From: an uncultured Planctomycetaceae bacterium
GTDB taxonomy: Bacteria; Planctomycetota; Planctomycetia; Planctomycetales; Planctomycetaceae
DNA length: 64,000 nucleotides
Direction: 5' to 3'
Assembly: GCA_963976765.1 (NCBI GenBank)
Contig: CAXBME010000027.1
Span: 1-64,000, forward strand
Within the stretch, counting starts at the first letter, position 1. Every line of letters starts with the position of its first letter. Made by a program: the position numbers and the translations under genes. Shown here in pieces: positions 8,679-17,206 of the stretch. The notes beneath the pieces were generated by a model. That model was not told the origin of the DNA and searched no databases. It saw nothing but the letters and a program-made list of their open reading frames with translations.

Positions 8679-9598
8679 CAGTCGTCGCCATTGTCAAGAC
8701 CGGCGGCTTTCAGTTTCTGCTCGTACCACTCCTGGTAGGTCTGGCCGCTGGAGGCGACTTTCCAGTTGATGCGGCCGTTGAGGTTGCCAGCGTTGACCAC
8801 AGCGGCTCCGGCACTTGGACTGTTGAAGGCGACGTTGTCGGCGAAGACCAGGTAGTCGGGAGAGTCGCTATTGGTTAGCCGTCCTTCATTGATGAGTTGG
8901 TCGCGCAGTGCCTTGTACGAGGTCCACGACGCGAGGCCCTGCTTTCTGGCTGTCGAGCCTTTGAAGACCACGAATTCACCATTGATCTCGCGAGCAGTCG
9001 CGTTCGCACCGACGACCGAGAGTTCAAAGAGCGGAGAGTCGGTCTCCGGTGTGTCGTCCGCCTCAGAAGCTGTGTCGGGAACTGCTGGCGGCGGCTGAAG
9101 GAATCCGAATCCGAGAACGGGAAACATCATGCGGACCTGTTCGAGAAAGAACTCCATGTCCGCGATGTCCGGTTCCGGGAGCGGCGGCAACGACGGGGCT
9201 GTGCCGTTAGTAATCACAGCACGACCAGCCTGCAGGCCCATCTGAATCAGACGGCTTTCAAGATACCTCACGTGAGCCTTTGTGAGGTTCTGGTCCTTGC
9301 TGATCACAACGACGCAGCGAGTCCAGAAGTCCTTCGACTCATCCTTGCTGTGAGCCAGAAGTCGCGTCAGGACGCTGTCTCCCTCGCCAAAGTACACCTT
9401 GTCGCGCCCCGGCGTGTCCGGGTCTGGTCCAACCAGACAGTAGATACCAGTCCGTCGCACCTCGTCCCGTTTGGCAACGTCGTCCAGCTTCTCGCGGGGG
9501 GCGACGATGACTTTGCCGGTCCAGTTGATGATCTCTGCAGTGAGCACCCCGGTTGGCCCGCCATCGGCGAGGTAGATGCGAATTGTCCGGCCCTTCAT
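8678..9598 (-). CDS. GIY-YIG nuclease with C-terminal DUF4357
   Basis: GIYCL...VYFGE motif; C-terminal FNSPSAGAAVV...NGRINWK. Confidence 0.85.
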   Translation of the reverse strand: MKGRTIRIYLADGGPTGVLTAEIINWTGKVIVAPREKLDDVAKRDEVRRTGIYCLVGPDPDTPGRDKVYFGEGDSVLTRLLAHSKDESKDFWTRCVVVISKDQNLTKAHVRYLESRLIQMGLQAGRAVITNGTAPSLPPLPEPDIADMEFFLEQVRMMFPVLGFGFLQPPPAVPDTASEADDTPETDSPLFELSVVGANATAREINGEFVVFKGSTARKQGLASWTSYKALRDQLINEGRLTNSDSPDYLVFADNVAFNSPSAGAAVVNAGNLNGRINWKVASSGQTYQEWYEQKLKAAGLDNGDD

Positions 9599-11739
9599 CT
9601 TGACTCTCCCAGTGCTGCGCGGTCAGCGCCATCCTCGCGAAGCCACCGCTCGGCTTCGCGGCGGTTCAGCAGGTATTCAGCGACGACTTCCTGTTCGACC
9701 CAGTCGGGCATCAGAGGCTGGAACTTGCTCAGGCGGTACGCCGGAAGTGACGCGGACACGGACTGCCATAGCTCGGCGTCGTTCCACACCTGGGCTGTTC
9801 TCAGCATGTTCAGAACCTGTCGGAAGTGGGCCATGGTGAGGTCGCTGCCTCGAATTCTCAGCAGCAGATTGTCAGCGGTAATCGTCCAGTCGCCTCCGAG
9901 AGCCTTCAGCATGTAGCGCAGCGTCGAGTTGTTGCGACCGCCGGCGAAGGTCCACCAGTGAATCTCGTTACCGATTTCGATGATGCCGTCGCTGTCAGCA
10001 GAAGCTACGTCTGTGTGTTCTTCCCGCTGTTCGGCCAGCACTTCGATGGCCTGGGGCGACAGGTAGGCGAATGACTCATCGGAGGCCAGAACGTCACGTA
10101 TCTTCAGGCAGAGAGACTGGCCGAGAAACTGTGGCAGGAAGCCGCCCCATGTCGGCTGCTTGCCGCGCGGAGCCGGTTCAACGTGGATGCGGCGGTCATC
10201 GTGCTGCACGTGCAGAATCGCCCACGGTCGACCGGCGAGCAGGAAACAGCTCACGCCTTCTGCGAGCTGGTCCACAAAGTCCTGGCCCAGCGTGCCGAGG
10301 ACCTGACCGGCCACCGTCTGCACCGTGTAATTGACCGGACTGGAGAAGACGGCGAACAGCTCCATGAAGTTACGGCGACCGAAGCGGAGTTCGGCTGTCG
10401 GTCCCAGGACCAGTCGCCCGCTGGCCATGACGAGCGACGCGTCGTCGATCATCCACTCCAACAGACGGTCGAACTCGGCACGGTCGATGCCTCGGAAATC
10501 GGGAACCGCAGACAGGTGCTCCCAGGCCTCTTCGGTCGGCACGCCGTCGGCTGCGAGAGCCATCGCGAGGAGCTGGTGAATGAGGACCGGCCAGCAGCGA
10601 TCGTTGATCTCGATACTCTCGACCCAGCCGGATTTGGCGAGTTCGATCAGAGCGATGACCTGCAGCACGCTGTCGGCGGTTTCGCAGAAGAACGTCGTGT
10701 TGGCTGCCTGGCCCTCGCGACGGCCCGTGCGTCCCATACGCTGCAGGAATGAGCCGACTGTGTCCGGTGCATCCGACTGCAGGACCTTGTCGAGGTCTCC
10801 CACATCGATACCGAGTTCCAGCGTCGATGTGCAGACAATGCAGGTGTCCGAGCCCTGATGAAACCGCTCTTCGGCCAGCAGCCGCTCTTCCCTGGAGACG
10901 GCACTGTGATGGACGAAGACCGTCGTTCCTGCACGTCGCATCTGCTCGGCGACAGCTTCGGCAGCGGATCGTGCCTGGCAGAAGAACAGACTCTTGCAGT
11001 CGCGGGCGAGGTCGGCCGCGTCGCTGACCAGAGCTGGCAAACTGGGACGATGGATCACGAGCAGTTGTCGGCGGGCAGGCTGCTTTGGGGGATCGACGAC
11101 CTGCCCCTCGCGTTGAGACGTCCCCTGCAACCAGTCGAGGATCGCTTCGGGGTTACCGACGGTGGCACTCAGGCCGACGCGCTGCACATCGTGTCGTGAC
11201 AACTTCGCGATACGTTCCAGGACGCTGATCAGGTGAGCCCCGCGATCGCTGCCGGCCAGTGCGTGAATCTCGTCGATGACGACGATCCGCAGATCACCAA
11301 ACAGCTTCACGGCATCGACCCGCTGCGACACCAGCATGACTTCCAGCGACTCGGGAGTCGTCATGAGCAGTTCAGCAGGCTCTTTCAGAAAGCGCCGACG
11401 CTCGTTCTCGGGCGTGTCGCCGTGCCAGACCTGCCGTCTCAGGCCGACCATTTCGGTGTAGAGACCAAGTCGCTCGGCCTGGTTGTTGAGCAAGGCCTTG
11501 ATCGGAGCAATGTAGAGCGCTCCGACTCCGTCCGGCTGGTCCGTGACCATTCCGGAAAGTGCTGGGAACATCGAGGCTTCGGTCTTACCGCCTGCCGTCG
11601 GTGCCAGGATGACAGCGTTCTTCCCGGACAGCAGTGCTTCACCGGCGAGTTCCTGCACCGGTCGCAGGCTGGACCATCCCAGACGCGCGACGATGGCTTC
11701 CTGCAGTCGTGGAGCAAATCTGGCAAAGACGCTCACCAC
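9595..11739 (-). CDS. brxHI: BREX Lhr-like DEAD/DEAH helicase
   Basis: APTAGGKT, TPESLE, DEIH, LSAT, LELGIDVG, QRMGRTGR; directly after brxD. Confidence 0.85.
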   Translation of the reverse strand: MVSVFARFAPRLQEAIVARLGWSSLRPVQELAGEALLSGKNAVILAPTAGGKTEASMFPALSGMVTDQPDGVGALYIAPIKALLNNQAERLGLYTEMVGLRRQVWHGDTPENERRRFLKEPAELLMTTPESLEVMLVSQRVDAVKLFGDLRIVVIDEIHALAGSDRGAHLISVLERIAKLSRHDVQRVGLSATVGNPEAILDWLQGTSQREGQVVDPPKQPARRQLLVIHRPSLPALVSDAADLARDCKSLFFCQARSAAEAVAEQMRRAGTTVFVHHSAVSREERLLAEERFHQGSDTCIVCTSTLELGIDVGDLDKVLQSDAPDTVGSFLQRMGRTGRREGQAANTTFFCETADSVLQVIALIELAKSGWVESIEINDRCWPVLIHQLLAMALAADGVPTEEAWEHLSAVPDFRGIDRAEFDRLLEWMIDDASLVMASGRLVLGPTAELRFGRRNFMELFAVFSSPVNYTVQTVAGQVLGTLGQDFVDQLAEGVSCFLLAGRPWAILHVQHDDRRIHVEPAPRGKQPTWGGFLPQFLGQSLCLKIRDVLASDESFAYLSPQAIEVLAEQREEHTDVASADSDGIIEIGNEIHWWTFAGGRNNSTLRYMLKALGGDWTITADNLLLRIRGSDLTMAHFRQVLNMLRTAQVWNDAELWQSVSASLPAYRLSKFQPLMPDWVEQEVVAEYLLNRREAERWLREDGADRAALGESR

Positions 11740-13079
11740 GCGTCCTCCTCGGGCACCAGCTCGCTGTCATCGTTGTCTGTTCCTTCCGCTCCGGTCGCCT
11801 CCGTGTCTCCAGCCTTGCCTGCGATCACCTGCTCTTCCTCAGGGGACAACTCCTGCGGCGTGAAGCCGTATTCGTCCATTGGAACGTAGTCGTCGTTGTC
11901 GTTGACCACATCGAGCTGGTTGACGAACTCCCGCAGGAACTGCCGAGGCACGATGCCGACGTCGCCCTTAAAGCCAGTCGTCACCTGCTCAACCAGCCGG
12001 TCGATGAACTCGTTCGAGATGCACGCTTCCAGACGGCTGCGGTCCTGAGTCGGATAAAGCTCCCGCAGTCTCAGTGCGACGGCGCGCAGTCGGTCATCCT
12101 GGAAGGGAGTCAGTTCGAGCTGCGGCTGTCTCAGGCTGGCGAACTTGCCCTGCTTCATGAAGCGAATGCGGTCGTGCAGCGGAGCGAGACCAGCAACACC
12201 CTGCCGCGTGTCGAAGAACTCGGCCGTACCCGTGAACACCCATAGCAGCCCGTGATAGTCGACCGAGGCGTCAGCGATCTGACGGATGCCGTTGAGTGAT
12301 TTGTGCCGTGAGTCACTGCGCATCCGCAGGATCGTCTCTGCTTCGTCGATGACGATCATCATACCGCGATAGCCAGCCGCCTTGACGATCTCCAGCACAC
12401 CGTGCAGGTAGTCCAGCGCGTCGCGGCTGCCAATGTCTCTCTTGATACCGGCGGCTTTCTTTGCCGAGGCGGCGACGTTGCCGCTGCCGGACAGCCAGGA
12501 AATCAACGCTCCGGCTTCTGCCATGTCGCCCTGCTGTTTCAGGTCAAAGATGGTCTGAATGACTCGCACAAAGTCCTGCGGGGCTTTGCCACCGGTCAGA
12601 GTGGCGAGGTCTTCATCCAGACGCTGCCGAACCTTGCCGTCGAAGTCATCAGCGTTCTCATCTTCGCCGCCTTCGATCAGTGCGTCCTCGATCCGCCCGA
12701 TCCAGCGATCAAGAATGTCGCCCAGAGCCCCACGCGGACAGGACGCCGTGCCGAGTTCCGTCATCACTTTCCGGTAGACGTCGTCGAAGCGATGAAACCT
12801 CAGGTCATTGTCGGACACGACGACAAAGCTGGTGGCGAAGCCCTTCTCCTGCGCATCAAGCAGAGCCAGGCGAGCCATGAAGGTCTTGCCGCACCCATAA
12901 CCACCCCGCAGAAACTTGATAGTCCCTTCACCAGCTTCCGCCAGATCGAGCTGGCGGTGCAGCTCCCCCCGCTGCTTTTCGATGCCGACAGCAAAGGTGT
13001 CGATACCGCGTTCCGGCACCAGTCCTTTACGCAGCGACTCGAAAATGTGATCGCGATCCCGCGACGTCAACGTACTCAT
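11733..13079 (-). CDS. brxD: BREX ATP-binding protein BrxD (DUF2791)
   Basis: SLRKGLVP start, Walker A GGYGCGKT, IDEAE. Confidence 0.9.
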   Translation of the reverse strand: MSTLTSRDRDHIFESLRKGLVPERGIDTFAVGIEKQRGELHRQLDLAEAGEGTIKFLRGGYGCGKTFMARLALLDAQEKGFATSFVVVSDNDLRFHRFDDVYRKVMTELGTASCPRGALGDILDRWIGRIEDALIEGGEDENADDFDGKVRQRLDEDLATLTGGKAPQDFVRVIQTIFDLKQQGDMAEAGALISWLSGSGNVAASAKKAAGIKRDIGSRDALDYLHGVLEIVKAAGYRGMMIVIDEAETILRMRSDSRHKSLNGIRQIADASVDYHGLLWVFTGTAEFFDTRQGVAGLAPLHDRIRFMKQGKFASLRQPQLELTPFQDDRLRAVALRLRELYPTQDRSRLEACISNEFIDRLVEQVTTGFKGDVGIVPRQFLREFVNQLDVVNDNDDYVPMDEYGFTPQELSPEEEQVIAGKAGDTEATGAEGTDNDDSELVPEEDAW

Positions 13080-13158
13080 CCCGACGATTCCCCCTGTCCC
13101 CTCAGACAGCCTTCCAGCGGCCTGTTACCTGTTCATTCTGATTGTGTTCTTGACCGCA

Positions 13159-16050
13159 TTATGAAAAGCCTTCTCGAACGTAACGCTTCACTCCCGACAC
13201 GTTGTCCACGCGGACCTGGAATGGGACCACTGCTGCCAGCTCTTCCAGCTTTGACGAGAACCGGCGGACGCCTCTTGCACCACCCAACATTCTGCCTGCT
13301 TCGGTCTCCGTGACGATGCCATGAGTCGCGAGGTGGTCGAACAGCTCGCGAACGCCGCCTTCGGGGAGTTCCAGCAGCCACTCGCGGGATTTGGGTTTGG
13401 CTTCGGTCTGTTCCGACGGGGTCGAAGCCGGTTTCTTTCCGGAAGGAGCCACCGTGAACCGGTCGGAAACCACGCACGAGACGACGTCTGCATCAGTGCC
13501 AGCGTGAGACAACTCTGCGGTCACACGAGCGTCGTCCGGCCCGGTCAGCCGGAAGAACAGCTCGAACGGCTCACCAACCTGAGCCAGAACTGCTCCTGCC
13601 GACAGCTTCGCTCCCTGGCGGGTTTCACAGAGCTCGATCTGCACGTCGGGATGGTCGGGCACGCGGACGGTCAACTCGATCTCGCGGACGCCTCCGAAAT
13701 CCAGGGTTTGCTGCTTGCCGATGGAAACCATGCCAGCGATGCAGTGCATCCCGCCAACCCCCTCATTCCGGGACGCCTTGATGACGTACTGCGACACGTT
13801 GCCGCCGGCGGCCGAGCGGTGGACCAGCGTCAGCACGGGAATGACGCGTTCCTGAAAGCTGTTGCCGCCATGGACAAACCTCGAACTCGTACGGCCCGTG
13901 TCAAAGACGGCTGTTGTTTCGGGAAACATCACGTGCAGGTCGTCTGTCTCGTAGCCCAGGTCTTTCAGCGGAACACGCACTTCGCCCGCGTGATCGGCGG
14001 AAACGGGTGACAGAACATGCCGTCGATGCGGATCGATCTTCCGCCCGTGATGCTGCGTCTGCTTCACTGAGTCATCAAGCAGCAGAAACCCGTGATCGGC
14101 TGTGACGACAAATCGGCGTGCTCCCGCCTCCCGCAGCAGTTGCCACGCAGTCTTCAGCTTCTGCAGTGCCGTGTCGAAGACGGCAGGTCCAGCCCCTTTT
14201 TCGCCGGCCTCGTCAATCTCCATGCTGTGGACAATGACCAGCCGGGCGCGGGCAATGGACTTCTTCAGGCTGGCTGCGTTGCGTGACAGCACATCGCTCA
14301 GCGACAGCCACGGACACGTATCACCGCCAACCCGATCGTGCATCGACCGCTTCCGCGTGTCTGGGTCATGCACGCGGAATGTGCCGGTCGAGAATCCAGC
14401 GACGCGACCGTTCGCTTCGAGTTCCAGTTTCAACGGCCCCTTGTCGGACACGGGAGCCAGCACGTTCATGCCGACGCTCGTGATCGTAGGCAGTTCCGCG
14501 AGTCGTGATCCCAGTTGGATGTTCGTGGCGGATGTGCCCGCAAATGTGGCATGCAGTTCCTCGCCCAGTTCGTATCGCAGGGCGTCGACCAGGAACAACA
14601 CGGTGATCTCGTGATCGCACACCAGCGGTTTGACGACGTCGTCGAACAGCGTGCGCTGTTGTCGGTCCGAGGCGGGCAGGAATCCTTCGCGACGACACAG
14701 ACCACTGAACTCTGTGGCCCATGTATCGGCCCAGGTTCGCCAGCGAGCCCGCATCTGATCGAGCGCCGGACGCAGCGACTCGAACCGGGCGACCTGTGAA
14801 TACAGCAGAGCCTCACGACGCTGCTCCAGATGCCGGTGTGCTCGATCGACGGCGGCCCCCGCGGCAACGTAGCGATCGACGGCGGCGTCCAGATTCTCCG
14901 CTTTACCGAGCGACGGTCCCGCCTGCTGCAGGCACGTTCCCAGTCGAGCCGCATCACCGATCAACTGCCAGGTCGAACGACGCTCCGGTCGGTTACTCAG
15001 CCAGAACGAGCGATCGCCGGTGTGTGCATCGGCCCATTCCGTCGCCTGAGTCCACTCACCGTTCTCAATCGCGGCCAGCGCGGCATCCAGCACGCGGTCT
15101 TCTTCGAAGCGGAACGTGTCAATCTTCCCGAGGTCGGCGGCCTGAGCGATCTCATACTCCTCGCCCAGTCGCAGTTCCGTCTCGTCCGCAGTCCGGCGAT
15201 AGAAGTTCGGCTTGTGGCTTCGCAGGTAATCAGCCAGTTCCGAACACGCCGTGACCACACCCGCCGGCAGGTCGCGAATACCGAGCAGCGCATCGCCAGC
15301 GGGCGGACGCTTCAGGTCATGAACGTACTCGACACACAGAGCCCAGCTCGCTGCCGCGAACGCCAGAGCCTCCCCGACCGGCGACATGCGAGACGCCTGC
15401 AAAGACTCGGTGGCCCACTGATCAGTGATTCCCACCGCCTTCGCCAGTCGAGCCAAAATCGCCGCCCGTCCCTCGGCGGAATCTGCCCGCTTGGCAATAT
15501 CCCCGCCACTGAGCAGTTCCTCGACCAGTGCCGGGAGCTTGAGCAGCTTCAACTGCTGACCGAAGGCATCGCCCTCGGTGCTGATGGCCTCGGTCAGCCA
15601 CTGGTCTGCGCTGGCGAGAGTCAGATCATCGGTGGCCAGAAACGCTTCGATCTGATCCGGTCGCACCTGCCCGGCAGCGGCCTCTGTGATCAGAGTCGAC
15701 AGCGCTTTCCGACATCGCGTGCCGGCCGCGTACAGCTCGTACAACGGAGCCGTGCGGACGGCGTCCTCATTGAACCCCGGCAGATGGATGAGCAGTTGAG
15801 TCTTCTCAGTCCCGGCTGCGCAGTTTTCGACGGCCAGCATCAGCTCCAGATGACTGCCACGAAATGAGTGAACCTCGAACGGCAGCTCAACGGCTGCCCG
15901 TTGCTCGATTAACTGCTCGACGAAGCCCGAGTAGTGGCCGTCAAGGTCCAGCCAGCACACGACACCATGCTTGCGCACCCACCTGCGGACTTCAGTGTCT
16001 AAGACGGTTGTCACCGGCCCAAAAACACGACAATTCCCATTATCAGTCAT
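13159..16050 (-). CDS. pglZ: BREX alkaline-phosphatase-superfamily protein PglZ
   Basis: VDALRYE, LPTITSVGM, TADHGF, HGG.SFQE motifs. Confidence 0.9.
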   Translation of the reverse strand: MTDNGNCRVFGPVTTVLDTEVRRWVRKHGVVCWLDLDGHYSGFVEQLIEQRAAVELPFEVHSFRGSHLELMLAVENCAAGTEKTQLLIHLPGFNEDAVRTAPLYELYAAGTRCRKALSTLITEAAAGQVRPDQIEAFLATDDLTLASADQWLTEAISTEGDAFGQQLKLLKLPALVEELLSGGDIAKRADSAEGRAAILARLAKAVGITDQWATESLQASRMSPVGEALAFAAASWALCVEYVHDLKRPPAGDALLGIRDLPAGVVTACSELADYLRSHKPNFYRRTADETELRLGEEYEIAQAADLGKIDTFRFEEDRVLDAALAAIENGEWTQATEWADAHTGDRSFWLSNRPERRSTWQLIGDAARLGTCLQQAGPSLGKAENLDAAVDRYVAAGAAVDRAHRHLEQRREALLYSQVARFESLRPALDQMRARWRTWADTWATEFSGLCRREGFLPASDRQQRTLFDDVVKPLVCDHEITVLFLVDALRYELGEELHATFAGTSATNIQLGSRLAELPTITSVGMNVLAPVSDKGPLKLELEANGRVAGFSTGTFRVHDPDTRKRSMHDRVGGDTCPWLSLSDVLSRNAASLKKSIARARLVIVHSMEIDEAGEKGAGPAVFDTALQKLKTAWQLLREAGARRFVVTADHGFLLLDDSVKQTQHHGRKIDPHRRHVLSPVSADHAGEVRVPLKDLGYETDDLHVMFPETTAVFDTGRTSSRFVHGGNSFQERVIPVLTLVHRSAAGGNVSQYVIKASRNEGVGGMHCIAGMVSIGKQQTLDFGGVREIELTVRVPDHPDVQIELCETRQGAKLSAGAVLAQVGEPFELFFRLTGPDDARVTAELSHAGTDADVVSCVVSDRFTVAPSGKKPASTPSEQTEAKPKSREWLLELPEGGVRELFDHLATHGIVTETEAGRMLGGARGVRRFSSKLEELAAVVPFQVRVDNVSGVKRYVREGFS

Positions 16051-17206
16051 CGGTAGCTGCCCGCGGAACTGGGATCGTAACCGTGACTTCTTCTGTTTCG
16101 TCGGCTTCCTCGATCAGGAGACCCGGTACTGCCTTCAGCGCTCTAAGGATTCCGCTGCCAAGTCCCCGGTATTGCATGACGTCGTACGCAAATGATGCAA
16201 GAACGGGATTGCGGTCGCGTCGGACGCCATGACGCATTTGTTCCACAGTCAGGCTGTTTGGCAGACGTCCGGGACTCCGTATCTCGATACGGTCGTCAAA
16301 GATGAATATCTTTACAGAGTCCTGAATGAAGTAATCCCGGTGTATCAGGGCATTCGTCAGGAGTTCCTCAAAGACAAGGTCTGGAACTTCGTCTGCCGCA
16401 GGGCTGTTTATGGACGGGTCTGTCTGGATACGGGAATTCCACTTCCTGCAGAATGCCATTCCTTGTTCGTACTGCTGGGCCAGCGTGCCGGTCAACACTC
16501 GACTGTCACGGAATTCTGTGCCTGCACGATCCACACCCTTGAACCAGACAGCCTTGATGGTGAATTCCGGCAGCAGTTGATAGGCGTTCTTCGCGAAAAG
16601 CAGCGCCCCCGCTACTGTCAGTCGGCTATCAGCCATCAGGCGGCAGGCGGTCAATTCCTGCTCGATGTTGTTTTCGTCCGGAACATCACGCCCATACTTT
16701 GCGGTGTAGAAGTCACCAAATCTGTCGAGATCAAGATTTGCGAGTGTGCTTCCCGTGACGGGCAATGCTTCCGCATAGACAGCGCCGCCGGCCTGAAAGA
16801 TACGGCGCAGCTCCGCTCGTGTGGTGACACGACGCTTGTCTGCGCCACGCTTTACGTAGAAATATCCATCCGACGTTTGATAGGGCTTGTCGTTTCCCTC
16901 TTCGATCGCAAGCACGACAACCATACCATCCGACGTCGCGACGTTTTCTGATGAGACTCCCGCCGATGGCTCCAGATTGTTGGTGCAGGCGTTGCTGACG
17001 AGCTGGTTAAGAGCGCCGATATCGTCAGAGGACAAGCCCACGATGCTACCGTCGTCGTCAACACCAACGTAAATTCGTCCGCCCTTCGAGTTCAGAAACG
17101 CGGCAAGCTCTGCCGCCAGCTTTCTGGCATCGGTGCATTCGCGTTTGAACTGCCGAGTGCTGTCTTCGCCCTTCAGGAGTTCCTGTCGGAGACTGATTTC
17201 GTCCAT
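16043..17206 (-). CDS. Schlafen/AlbA_2 domain + HATPase_c_4-type domain protein
   Basis: GEDSTRQFK, AAFLNSKGGRIYVGVDD, ELLTNALIHRDY, DRIEIRSPG, RNPVLA; start moved to MDEISL. Confidence 0.85.
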   Translation of the reverse strand: MDEISLRQELLKGEDSTRQFKRECTDARKLAAELAAFLNSKGGRIYVGVDDDGSIVGLSSDDIGALNQLVSNACTNNLEPSAGVSSENVATSDGMVVVLAIEEGNDKPYQTSDGYFYVKRGADKRRVTTRAELRRIFQAGGAVYAEALPVTGSTLANLDLDRFGDFYTAKYGRDVPDENNIEQELTACRLMADSRLTVAGALLFAKNAYQLLPEFTIKAVWFKGVDRAGTEFRDSRVLTGTLAQQYEQGMAFCRKWNSRIQTDPSINSPAADEVPDLVFEELLTNALIHRDYFIQDSVKIFIFDDRIEIRSPGRLPNSLTVEQMRHGVRRDRNPVLASFAYDVMQYRGLGSGILRALKAVPGLLIEEADETEEVTVTIPVPRAATDD